DNA from: Camelus dromedarius
Taxonomy: Eukaryota
Direction: 5' to 3'
Length of the DNA: 64,000 nucleotides
Assembly: GCF_036321535.1 (NCBI RefSeq)
Contig: NC_087436.1
Location: forward strand, 113,028,001-113,092,000
Shown here: piece by piece, positions 37,508 to 50,072 of the stretch
How positions within the stretch are numbered: position 1 is the stretch's first letter
How the letters are laid out: the number at the start of each line of letters is the position of its first letter
Program-made: the position numbers and the translations under genes
Notes under the pieces: generated by a model
What the model saw: only the letters and a program-made list of their open reading frames with translations
Told to the model about the DNA's origin: nothing
Database searches by the model: none

Positions 37508-39728
37508 GGTTTCTCCAATATAGTTCACACCAACATGATCCACCAGGGTTCACAGCATCTGGAGAGGTTTTTGACCTCAATCACAGCTCTGCCTGAACCA
37601 ACAACTACACATCTTCCTCCTGTCCTCCCCGACCCTGGTCCCTGTCATCTGAGTCTTGATTAGAACCACTGTCACCAGTACACAGTCCACAGCCCCCCTC
37701 TCCTCAGGTTGCATCCCTCCCCATAATGCCAAGGATCTTTTCTGGTTAATTAACTCAAAATTAGGACCATCAAGGTTATCAGAGAGGTTTTAATGCTGTT
37801 GAAATTTAGCAGGAAAGACATCAGTGTCTAAATCTCTTTCATCCCCAGGACATTTTGCAAATTTATTCACTGATATCAAAGACTGCAAGGGACATTTGGA
37901 AAGGGCAGCATCAGCCACGTCACAGAAAATCCTGTGACATCCCCACTTCCCAGGGCAGTGGGCGTCCCCCTGTCTTACATCTGCATAATCAAAAAAGGTG
38001 CACAAGTGACCCTTCGCTGAAACAAGTTCTTATCCAAGGAGAATTGCTGGGCTCACTAGATTGATGAACAGCTGACAGTATCTTCTGATAAAAAACATTA
38101 TACCCTGCTTCCCTCTGTACTTTGAGTCACCTATTATTTTCCCATGTCCTGTGATGTCACAAATTGTATTGCATTTCCTTCGAATGCACAAATGCTAAAG
38201 TAACATAGACAGTTTGCTCGACTCTGTTTAGGAAGGATCACTCTGCTGTTTACAGGTCAAGAATTTTTATGTCTCTGCTATCTGCAGATCCCTGTAGAGG
38301 CAACCGTGTTCTGTCTCCTGATGCAGAATTCTCGGGGACCTGGTAGGGGATCTGGGTCCTTAAATTGGTGCAGATGATATATGGGTATAGAGAGTGCCTG
38401 GAGGCATCTATACACCATTCCTGGTTTCTGCCAAATTGGGAAGTGGTATTTCTAACATCCTTAGATGGACCAGGGTAAAAATAGAACTTTCTTGGACTTG
38501 CCTCTGATTTAAATCATGCTGTTGATATTTTTGGAAATGCACGACAGATTCCGAAGATCTGTCTAGCAAGTGGATTTCTGGAATAAGAGCCATCTGTCAG
38601 CTGGTAGCTGCCTGTGTTCTCGCTCCACGAGAGATGGAATTCGGAGCAGAAGGAAAGGGACACTTGCCACCATGCACCTTTCTGCTCTCTTGGGCTTGGA
38701 CTGTGAGGGGCTCTGACACACTCGAGGAGTTTCCTGGGGTAGTAGGGAAATTGGGACACTGCCATATGATGTCTAACCAGGGCAAGACAGGGAAGCAATC
38801 CTGCATTGCCTGGCCAGCCTCATGACGGTGGCCTGTAGGTCTCAAGTACCATCACCTCCAGTAACCGTCTTTTAATAATTGTTATAATTCCTCTCTCATT
38901 TCTCTGAGACTTGAGTCAAATCTTGTAGTTGTTCCAACATGGTCTTATGTGTGCTGAGGGGAATTGCAGGAGGGTTAATATCTGTGCTTGGGATGGAAGG
39001 ACAAGGAGGAGATTAATTTCAGGAGCTAGTCTGATGGCATCAGTGGAGATTTCTAGATCCTCAAAAGCTGAGTGAACTCTAGGAATAATAGTTGGGGGAA
39101 GGAGACATGAATTTTGCCTCTTTCCATATGAAGATTCTCTACCTTCACTGGGTTATTTTACCAAAGGATGCTGGAGTTTACACATACATTCTTCAAGATT
39201 TGGATCTATGCTCGAAAATCTTCAGGGCTGTGTCCTCATTCACATCTCCAGTAACACTGGGCACGGATCTATGGTTGATAACCAGACTTCTTTCTTTATT
39301 CTCGCAGTACTTAGCACTAGCCTAGTGGTTGTCACGTCATTTTGCCTTTCCCACTGGGTTCTTATCACTCAGGGAAATTCCTGGCACATAGTAAACACTC
39401 AATAAATACGTGTTGAATGACTGAAGGAACAAACCAACACATGAAGGAAAAATTTTATTGGGTCACTATTTGAGAGCAAAAACTTTTGACTGAGCATCTG
39501 AAAAACACAATCTCCTCTTGAATCAGCTGTGTTAATTCAGAGATCCGGAAAGGCTGCTTCTGTGAAATTTAGGGAGGCTTTCCTGGGTAGCAGGGGTCCC
39601 TAGGGCAAGTGGTTAAGAGGGTAGCTTTTAGTGTAAGACTGAACTGTTGATCTCAAATCTTAGATCTGCCATTTTGGTAATTGGAAAACTAGGCAGGTAG
39701 CTTTCAGTTTTAATTGATGTCTAATTTC

Positions 39729-39843
39729 TTTCTTTCTTTTTAAAAATTTATATAATTAAAAAAAAATGGAGGTACTGGGGATTGAACCCAGGACCTCCAG
39801 CATGTTAAACATGCGCTCTACCACTGAGCTATTTCCCTCCCCC
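39729..39843 (-). mobile_element. tRNA-Ala-derived SINE (Vic-1 type)
   Basis: Reverse-complement SINE head; perfect 14-bp target-site duplication tgatgtctaatttc at 39715-39728 and 39844-39857. Confidence 0.9.
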
Positions 39844-41979
39844 TGATGTCTAATTTCATATTAAAATTTACCTGTCCATCTAGCTATCTACTGTCCACCT
39901 GACACCGTGTGGCAACTATGGTGACAAGTACTAGCGATTCAGAGATAATTAAGAAATAACCCTTACCATCTAGCTGTTTTCATCCAGTAAGCAACTGAAA
40001 TCTCTATCCGCACTTATCTAATCGGGTTTGTGGCAAATCACAGAATGGATGCCTGAAATTGGAGTCTGTCATTGTTGTTCTGTTTGTTGATTAACTGCAC
40101 TATGTAAGGAAAATTAGCTTTTAAATGTGGCTGGGCAATGGAGGAGATGAAGTGAAAGAAAGAGACCTTGGCTCCAGCCCCGTCTTAGCAGCTACGCCCA
40201 AGTTTCTCATCTTCTGCGGATCTCTCGTTTCCTCCCCTGCAACGTGAGGTGGGCGGGGAAAGATGCTCTCCGAAGCCTCTCCAAGCTCACTCCCTGTCGG
40301 GTTTGTTCTCTCGTGGAGGAGTTACCATCGCTGGCCGCTAGAGGTCAGGCCCTTAAAATGTAAACCGCCTCATTCCGTTTTCCTCCCATCGAAGTCAACC
40401 TTGAAGCAAAAGCAAAATGACTATTTTCTTGCCTTGTTTTGGGAAGGAAGAAACATTCCTAAAGAAACAGTTTTACTTTTGACATATTAGAGCCCGGGTC
40501 TTGACATCCTTAAACTCCTTGGCTAAATGCTGACTGCAGAGTTTACTCTCAATCCTTGTGTGAGAAATGGAATGAACAAAAGACACAGCCCTGGCTATTG
40601 AAGCATTTACGGCTTTTGTATGGACTTGAATGCACTGATGTGTAACAGGATGAAAAAGAAATTGGAAATGACTCTTCTGTAGAGCAATTCCCTCAGCGTA
40701 GCCAGCGGTGGGCTTGCTTTATTAGTTCCCTGAGAATTAAACAGGAAATTGGTTTTCAGATCAGCTCTTCTCTTGCACTCCACTCCCTTTCCCTGAGTCC
40801 CTGCCACCTTGAAAAAGAACTTCAGTGCTCTTACTGGCTTGAAATTATCAATGTTTCCAGTGCAGAAAGGGAGGCGGAGTGACTTCCCTGTCTGGTGAGA
40901 TGGCAAGCGTCTAGAACACACTGGCCTTTGTGTCACTCTCGGGAGTGGGCTGCGTGTAAAGGGCCACCTGCAGGTGTGGCCGATCTGGGGTTCTATGAAC
41001 TTGACCTGGAGTGAGGTCGACCGTGGCCCTTTCTGAGGACTGGAGAAATTTCTGATTTGCAGAGCAAATGTCCCACAAAGTCTGGACCTGGAGACAACCA
41101 CTGGGAAGTTTGTTTCAGTCTCATATCCAAGTTGCAGTCTCTGATTTTGTGGGATCAGTGGAAAAGCCAGTATTTTGGTCCATTTGCGACTTCTGAGTAA
41201 TTGGCTTAGCACTGTCAGAAGTGAGATTACACGGAAGTCCTCTCAAATCCTTTCAATGATGGTGGGTTCCTATGGTCGCCCTCACAATACTTATTTCTGC
41301 CGTCTCGTTTGTGATGTGGTTGGGGTGGGGTTTAACCAAAAGTAGGGCTCAGGGTTGTCCTTGGAAACACAGAACTGAGGGAAAAAGACAAATGTAGCTC
41401 TCTTCCACTGATCATTGTTGTCTACAACTGAAACAAATATAAAGGACAAACTGTAGAAAAGAAGTCGTTAAAATATAACTTGAAACGTGTGTAGGAAGAT
41501 GACGTTCCTTCTGCTTTGTGCAAGACGTGGTAGTGGTGTGAAAAGAGATGGTGTTAAGACCCAGGCCTTTTCTGGCCCTACCTGGTGGTCCTTTGTCCCT
41601 GCTCAGTGCTCCCTTTTACCCTCTCCCATCACATTGCCTCTTCATTGGCATACAGAGGCAGACAAATATGAAGGACCCACAACAACAGTCCCAATAATAA
41701 CAGTTACATTCATTTATACAGGGCTTTCTATCACTCATTCATTCACTCATTCATCCCTTAAAAATGTATTGAGCATCTATTGTGTGCTGGGCACTGTTTC
41801 CTCGCCCTCATGGAGTTGACATTTGAGAGCTGGCAAGTGCTGTGGCAGGTGATGCCAGTGCCTCTCCTGTACCCTGTGGACCTTAACCAATTCAGGGTGC
41901 TCTGGGTGATATCCAGTTGTCTTATTTTTCTGTCTGCTCCTGAGGCCTTTTTTGGGAACCTTGGAAGGCCACTGTGCTG

Positions 41980-42292
41980 GACCACCAACGCATGCCCGAA
42001 GTCCTGGGGAAAATCACATCCTGGGGTAGCCCTCCACCAATGACTCTTGGGAGTTGGTCTTAAATACTTTCACTTCCTCATTTTTGGGGGGAGCTCATTC
42101 TGGGTTTTCTCCTCACTCCCCCTAGGATAAGCCTCAGGCAGCTGTTGCTTAGCGACCCAGCCTCATGGGCGCCCCCTTGCCCCTCTGTCATGTCCTCATG
42201 CCTGTGCTGGAGTCCCCAGCGCCTCCCAAATAAGCACCTCACACTCAGATCCCTGCCTCAGGGGCTGCTTTCAGGAGAAACCAGCTAAAACG
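41980..42292 (+). mobile_element. ERVL LTR fragment (LTR16-like)
   Basis: ccaatgactcttgggagttgg...cctcccaaataagcac...ccctgcctcaggggctgctttcagg. Confidence 0.5.
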
Positions 42293-42381
42293 GTCGCTTT
42301 TCACATACACGGTCAACTTTGGTCCTTGAAAAAACTCTATGATGTTATGAACATCATGGTACCTGCTTGTCAGACCCTTTT

Positions 42382-42435
42382 GAAAAGGAAGGAAGGAAGG
42401 AAGAAAGAAAGAGAGAAAGAGAGAAAGAGAGAAAG
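42382..42435. repeat. (GGAA/GAAA/GA)n purine simple repeat
   Basis: Directly visible. Confidence 0.85.
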
Positions 42436-43894
42436 ATGCCAACCCACTAACGTCTTCTGCTGATGGGCTTTGCCCAGACAACCATGTTTCAGATGAAGTA
42501 TTTCCAATCCCAGCTGACTGGACAAATGGAGGGTTCTGACTCAGCACAGGACCTATCCTCAGAGTGGCCCCTTGGCAAACAGGCCAGCTAAACGTTGACA
42601 GCCTTACTCTGGGGCATTTAATCTGGGAAATGAAGGGAGATCAGACAGAGGTCGAGCAACCGCAGCTGAGGCAAAAAGAAACCATGACCTTGTGCTGGAC
42701 TATGAGAGGCCAGGAGACGTTGAAATTATGAGAAAACAGAATCCATTAGGCAGAAGAGATACACAGAGGGTGAGGAAGCCAGTGGGTGGGATGAGAAGCC
42801 CCTGGATGCAGAATGAAGGAGACACAAAGAAGAGTGGAACCAAGGTCAGCATGAGGGTGGGAGTCAAGATCTGCCATGTTCCCCACTGAGGTCCTTGAGG
42901 ACAGCTGGAGCCAACCAGTTCCTACAAGGTCTGGTCAAAGCAGGACCCTGTGCTCATTTCCCCTGCTCTGAATTTAAAAGAAAACAAATCTCCTTCAGAA
43001 GGCAGTGTATTTTTCTTTCAATTGAGGATGTGAAACCGGGTATGATCTCACATTTTAGGGTTGAATTTGGAGCATGAAAGATTCCAAACTTTCATTAGCA
43101 CTGGCTCACATAATTCAAGGAAGACAAGTAGATTTCTTCTCAAGGGTGTAGTCTTGTCCGTGGATGGTGGCCTCCCAGAGAATTTGCAGAGAAGAATTCT
43201 GAGGCTGCCCCTGGGCACAGTGGGAAGGAACGTTGTGATGGATTACCAATGTCTGCCGTGAGTTTAGAGAAAGAAAGGCACTCACTTATTTTCCACCGAG
43301 GATGTGATACAGAAACAGACTTACAGGATTTAAGTGGCTTGTCCAAAAGTCACAAAAGGTTACAGGAATTGCTGGGATTAGATCTCCTGTCTTCCGACTT
43401 TCCATCCAGCTCTTCTTATGTCTTTCTGACTCAGCTTAACTTGGCTCTTTAAAGCTGCTTTGGGAAGCTAAGAATCCTTTCTCACAAGAAAACCTGCTTC
43501 TTTTAGGAGAAATTAGTGCACAGGCCGTCTGAAGGTCACTTAGATTCCTATTATGCCTTTGCAGGAGAATTCTAAGAGGATAGAGCTGCCACATTTTGCA
43601 CATAAGAATACAAGGCAAGCACCCAGTTAAATATTTGGGACATCCTTACACTGAACAATTATTTGTTGTGCTATGTGAAATTCAAATTTGATTGGATATC
43701 CTGAATTTAATTTGAATATTGTGCCTAGGAGGAGTCCAGTGGGTAAGGACTTCTTGTGTGGGTGGCTTGATACATCCATGCATATGTATTCTGGGTTCTG
43801 ACCATCTTACCTACCAACCTTCTGATTATTTTTTGCCAGATGTCTGACCACTGGAACACCTCAGGCAGCTGCACTGTGATTTTAGTTCTGAGTA

Positions 43895-44032
43895 CACTTG
43901 TTCCTCGGTTTCTGGGAGGGATTGGTTACAGGACCCTCAGGGATACCAAAATCCACAGATGCTGAAGTTCCTTCCTGTCGGTCCGCAGTAGCCGTGGATG
44001 TAGAACCAGAGATATGGAGGGCCAGCTCTACA
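43895..44032. mobile_element. Internally deleted MER2-like MITE (TcMar-Tigger)
   Basis: Left end cctcggtttctgggagggattggttacaggaccc...gataccaaaatccacagatgct joined to right end gtggatgtagaacc...gatatggagggcc. Confidence 0.65.
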
Positions 44033-44177
44033 GTAAGACATGGTGTTTTCTATAGAAAACTCTTGAAACTCTCTGTTGTTGTTCCAGAGTAATTTCAATA
44101 ATAATAGGGATGCACTGCAGTGTGAGGAATGTTATCTGAAGCTGTGATAGGGACAGATGATGATGGTGGTAATTATT

Positions 44178-44552
44178 ATTAGATTTTTAAGACTATTTTT
44201 TCAGAATAGTTTTAGGTTTACAACAAAATTGAGAGGGAGGTACAGAGATTTTCCTTTTTACCTCAGACCCCACATGTACATAGTCTTCCCTGTCATTAAC
44301 ATCACTCACCAGAATAGTTTTTTAAAAAAAAACAAAACGTTTTTTAACCAAGGATGAGTCTACGCTGACACATCATAATCACCCCAAGTTCGTATTTTAT
44401 CTTACGGTTCACTCTTGGTGTTGCACATTCTATGAGTTTAGACAAATGTATAGTGACATATATCCATCATGATAACATCCTATAGAATATTTCCACGCCC
44501 TAAAAACTCTCTGTACTCTGCTTGTTCATCTCTCCCCGCCCCCTCCACTGGC
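44178..44552 (-). mobile_element. L1MC-like 3' end
   Basis: agttttaggtttacaacaaaattgag...gtacagagattttcc...ggttcactcttggtgttgcacattctatg...cctaaaaactctctgt. Confidence 0.8.
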
Positions 44553-45667
44553 AACCTACCTAAGGAGGCAAAGGACCTATACTTTGAAAACTATAAGACA
44601 CTGATGAAAGAAATCGAAGATGACATAAACAGACAGAAAGATATACAGTGTTCTTGTATTGGAAGAATTAATATTGTTAAAATGGCCATACTACCCAAGG
44701 TGAGATACAGACTCAATGCAATCCCTATCAAATTACCCATGACATTTTTCATAGAGCTGGAATAAAAAATGTTAAAATTTGTATAGAAACACCAAATGCC
44801 ACGGATAGCCAAAATCATCTTGAGAAAGGAGAACGGAGCTGGGGGAGTCAGGCTCCCTGACTTCTGACTACACTACAAAGCATCAGTAATCAAAACAGTA
44901 TAGTAGGGGCACAAAAAGGGACACACAGATCAATGGAAGAGGACAGAGAGTCCAGAAATAAACTCTTCTGGTCAATTAATCTATGAAAAAGGAGGCAAGA
45001 TTATACAATGGAGAAAAGACAGTCTCTTCAGTAAGTGATGCTGGGAAACAGGACAGCTACATGTAAAAGATTGAAATCAGAACATTCTCTAACACCACAT
45101 ACAAAAATAAACTCAAAATGGATTAAAGATATAAATGTAAGACCAAATACTATAAAACTCCTAGAGGAAAACATAGGCAGAACACTCTTTGACATAAATC
45201 ACAGCAATATATATTTTTTGAACCAGCTCCTAGAGTAATGCAAATAAAAGTGAAAAAAAAAATGAGACCTAATTAAACTTAAAAGCTTCTGCAACACCAA
45301 GGATACATCAACAAAACAAAAAGACAACCTACAGAATGGGAGAAAATATTTGCAAATAATGCACTGACAAGGGACTGATTTCCAAAATATACAAACAACT
45401 CATACAGCTTAATATGAAAAAACAAGCAACCCAATCAAAAAATAGACAGGAGACCTAAACAGACATCTCTCCAAAGAAGACATCCAGATGTTCAACAAGC
45501 AGATGAAAAGATGCTCAACATTGCTAATTGTTACAGAAATGCAAATCAAAACTACAGTGAGGTACCACCCCACACCAGTCAGAATGGCCATCATTAAGAA
45601 GTCCACAAATAATAAATGCTGGAAAGGATGTGGAGGAAAAGGAGCCCTCCTACGCTGTTGGTGGGAT
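44553..45667 (+). mobile_element. Younger L1 ORF2 3' region, truncated at both ends
   Basis: ORF2 remnants [24 protein letters not shown]...[60 protein letters not shown]. Confidence 0.92.
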
Positions 45668-47003
45668 AGATTATAGAGATTATTGTTTTGACTGTTTCTT
45701 TCAGCCAAGACAGCATCTCACAAGCAGCCTTGTAAAAGTGCTGTAATTTGAGAGCATCTATGTAATGTCTTAAGAGTTTATAATTCTTCTACTTCCAGTG
45801 ATTTCAGATCACTTCTTGGAATTCTGACCAGATTGAGCAAGATTTTATTTCAATAAATTCTGCCACCTCTGTGATGGCACTGGAGCGAAGCCATGGTTTC
45901 AGTCTTCCTCATGTGGCTTCTCATAAACACCTTGTCCATCCAAGAAATGCATTGGTTCTGAATGACTTCACACTGTGGTTAACCCATTGGGTTTATAGTT
46001 CCTGGCGAATAAAAACTCCATAAAATGATGTCAATTCAAGACTCATTTCCTTCCCTGTTCAAGTTAGGGTGGGATCATTTAAAATATATATAAACTAGGG
46101 TTATTTTGTTTTATTCTTGCCTTAAAGAATCTTCTGGAATAGACATTCAAGTGTGCCACAAGAAGACATCAAGGCTGGTGCACATGTCCACCTACAATGT
46201 TAAGGTGTTTTCCTCTTTTTAGACTTTTTTCTCTGCCATCTTTTGGGGTCATAATAAGATGCAACTACCTTGACTATCTGAGAGCTTATGTAAAAAAAGT
46301 TGTCTGTAAAATATGTTTATTATAAACATTGAAAGATTCAAGGGGGAGAAATGAAAACTCCTCTGTTAGTAACAACTTTTTATCTAGACTTTCTCTATGC
46401 ACACATGCAAACAGACTTTAAAAATAGGATAATTGCTGAGTAGCTTTTTTGTAATCTACTTTGATTTATTAATATTTCATGAGCAGATTATGGTACCAGT
46501 GCACTTTCATCCTCATGACCTTTGATGACACCATGTATATTCTGTTAGATGAATGTATCACAGTGTATTTCATCACTATTCTGTTTTCAGATACTTAGGC
46601 TATTTCCCAGCTTTCTTATTCCAAACTTTGCTGCAAGGCTCTTTCTTGTAATTAAATCTTTACGAACATTATTAATTATTTTCTTGGAACGCATTCTTAG
46701 AAGTTGGAGACTTTGCAATTTTTGTATCCTAGACAAAACAAAAATGAAATATTTTGGCTATAGTCAGAGGGAATTGGGATGAAGGCATAGTTTCTAGCTG
46801 CCTTTTGGGCCTTTCCAGGACAAGGAACAGTTCAACTAGGGATTCTCAGAAGGGACCAAATATCTTACCTGAAATGCTGACCAGCCATGTGGTTGTCTGC
46901 AAAAAAAAAAAAAAAAAAAAAAAAAGATTATTTGGAAAATGGTCCTTGGCAAACAGGTAGATTGTGAGGACTGAGTGGACTCTGCCACTGTGATCATATT
47001 ATA

Positions 47004-47214
47004 CAGACTTCTCATCTGGGGACAATTTTGCCCCCAGGGGACACTTGGCGGTGTCTGGAGATATCATTGATTGTTACGATGGGAGCGGAGTTGTTAGTGG
47101 TACCTCCTGGGTGGAGGCCAAGCATGCTCCACTTCTTAGGATGCACTGGATGGACTGAATAGCGAAGAATGGTCTGGCCCCAAATTCAGAGTTGCTTGAG
47201 GCTGAGAAGCCCTG
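47004..47214 (+). mobile_element. MER20 DNA transposon (diverged)
   Basis: cttctcatctggggacaattttgcccccaggggacacttggc..gtctggaga...gaggctgagaagccctg. Confidence 0.82.
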
Positions 47215-48279
47215 ATGTAGAACAGAAAGAAAAGGAGTATCAGTGTCAGTGTGTCTCTTGGAAACCACGGCACAGCATTTAAACAATCCTCATGGCAAAT
47301 TCTATAGTTTTTAAAAAAAATTCCTTCCCCAAAAGACTCTTTGGTTCCCCAACATATTCAGCATGTTTTGTAAAGAAAACTGAAAGGAATTCAACTGCTG
47401 GATTTTTCTAAACACATGGTATAATGATGATGCTAAAAGATTTCCTGGGTCCTCCTTGGCAGAATTAAACCAGACCCCTAGACCTAGCACCCGTCTTAGG
47501 GCCAGTCTTTGTTTCTTGTGCAGAGTGAGGGAGGTGGGTACAGTTTTGGCTTTTAAAATTTGCAGAGCCTCCTTGTCTGTCCACCCTGGATATCTTGGCT
47601 GTGCTTGAGCAGGTCTTGATACTGACAGTGATAGCTTAGCTCCCAGCTGAATAGGAGGGAAACAACATTTACCAGCACCAAAGGAAGAGGAGTGAGGTAG
47701 GGGCTTTCTCCTCACCATGCAGCAACTTGTCTACGAAACAGCGTCTCAGCAAAATGGTCTGGAAGGCGGGTAGTGCAGGTGTGTGTGCTCACAAAAAAGC
47801 TCGAGCACCGGAGGTGAGCAGGCAAGAGTTCCAACCGCACATGTGTAAGGCTTGACTGTGGTCACTTTGCTCAATGGCTCTGAGCCTCGAGTTTCCCATC
47901 TTTAACGGGATAAGAGGAGTGTTTAACTCATAGTGAGCTGGAAAGCTATTTGGCTAGAATCTTGAATCCTTGAATGTATCAACAGCCACTTGTGGCTGTT
48001 GTAAGTTTAAGACAGGGACTTAAGGGTGGACACTTTATCAAAACCTGTTCATCACTGCAAAGCTTTGGCCCCAGACTCCAATGTCATTTTCTTGTGAGTG
48101 GAGCTGGACCACTGTGAGACCTGAGGGCTCCTTGTGCATCAATTACAGGCAGCCCTAAGCAGCTCTGGAAGGTGTCCCTTCTGTCCTTCTCAAGATGGGG
48201 CACCAGTTCTATTGCATCCTCTTGATATGAGTTTTTGAGAGACTCTACAGAGGGAAGGAATTAAAGAGAGGAGCCCTGT

Positions 48280-48800
48280 GCTGTTTAATTTCCACCTGGT
48301 CCCACCCCAGTTCTTGATTCCTCATCAATTTTCTGTCCTACTTTGAACTGCTCGTTGTCTGAGAAGCCCGTCTCTGTGCATGATGTTACCAAGCCTCCCT
48401 TGCTTCCCAGAGCTGTTGGGTTTGGCCAGGGGGAGGTACAGATGGGAGACTAGAGGGTAGAAAGAGAGTGTGGTCAGAGATTTAACACCTTAGCCTCCTC
48501 CGCATTTCTTCCTGGTTCTAGTGGTGGCCAGGCTTTTCTCCAGGCATGGTTCCTGGAGAAAGTTCTTCTTCTGAGTCTCAAGCTCTCTGCTGCATGAGCA
48601 ACTAGTGTTGCCACCCTTCCACTTCAGACCTTGGAGTGGTGATGGTTCCTGCTGTTGCTAGTGCTTGGATACCTCAACCCCTGTCCTTGGTTCTTTTAAC
48701 CTTGCCTGCACTTCTGAATGCAGTTGTTCCACTGTATTCTCTATAGTCAAATCCTTTTGAGGGTGTCTTGCTGCTCCCTGCTTGGACCCTGAGTGGCACA
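48280..48800. mobile_element. ERVL LTR remnant (LTR33-like)
   Basis: cctcccttgcttccc...gttgggtttggccaggggga...gttcctgctgttgctagt...ccctgcttggaccctga. Confidence 0.5.
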
Positions 48801-49599
48801 TCCCCAGGAGGGAAGAATTTGTAGAGATCTTGGTATGTGGCTTCAACTCTGACCTCCTCCCTTGTCATTCTTAAGCAACATCCCAGCATTGGGGCTCCTG
48901 ACATGCCCATACAGTGCTCCTCCTTCTAGTGGGAGCGAGGTGGGAGACAGGCCTGCTTTTCTTGAGGATGAAGTAAGGTCCAGGGCTAACAGGACCCATC
49001 ATGGTGCTGGTTCCTACAGCTGCTGGTATCATCAGGCACCATGGATGATCTCTCAGTAAACAAGCAGGAGAACATGAGGACAGCAACATAGTCACTGACC
49101 TTGGATGGCATTTCAAACCGCCACTTCAGTTATCATTTTGTTGGCCAAGGAATGAATTGGATTTACTGACCATTTTTTGATTCCACAAAGAGACTAATCT
49201 CCAAGGGTAATTCCTCCTTCTTTTTACAATTATCAAAGATAACCACATAGATTGTTGTCATTTTAGGGTACTGATGTAAAAAATCAGAAAGTGAGAGGGG
49301 AAGAAGATTTCAACTGAGAATAATCCATTCTTTCATTTAAAGTGTTGACTGGGAGCTTGCCTTCTGGCAGCCTGTAGCAAGAGCTCATCACAGATGCCAG
49401 GGGGGTAGAGGACACAGTATTTAGTCAAGTCTGACAAAATATTAGTAGAAATTAGATTCTCTATGAGAAAAATCATTCTGGCAACACATTTAGTTTGCAT
49501 CATGCAGACAAAATAAATGTGGTTTTGATTTTATATAAAAACAGCCTACAGAGGTCACCTGTTGCTTTTGACTGACCGTCAACAACTTCTCGTTTCCTG

Positions 49600-50072
49600 G
49601 GCTTGGTATCTTTATTTTCCGTATGACTTAGGTGGGACCGATTCTGTTCTTAGCTCTAGAGATGGCCACGTGATACAGGCATGGCCAATGGGAACACCGC
49701 ATCCCCCTGGCCAGTCATCGACTAAGCGACATAATTATGACTCAAGCAGGACCAGTTGGAACTAAAAGGCTGTCATCCTGGGTCTTTTGCTAGGACTACT
49801 GACAAAGAGAAATACATACATTTTTGCCTGCAGAGGTGCAAAATGCAAACCTGGAGCTGTTGCTGGCTGTCTACCACAAGGGTAAGAGCCTGCCTGAGAG
49901 TGAAGTCTGCACTGGGGAGTGCCGACCCGTGAGACGGGGAGAGATAAAGTCCTGGGGACAATGAACAAGTACCCAGATACGGCTCTAGAACTCTGTGTTA
50001 CCTCAGTGCCTTCCCTTTTCTTGAGCCAGTTTGAGTTGGATTCTGTCAGTTGTAATCTTAAGAGTCTTGATA
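49600..50072 (+). mobile_element. Old MaLR LTR remnant (MLT1I/J/K-like)
   Basis: ggccacgtgatacaggcatggccaat...gagccagtttgagttggattctgtcagttgtaatc. Confidence 0.6.
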
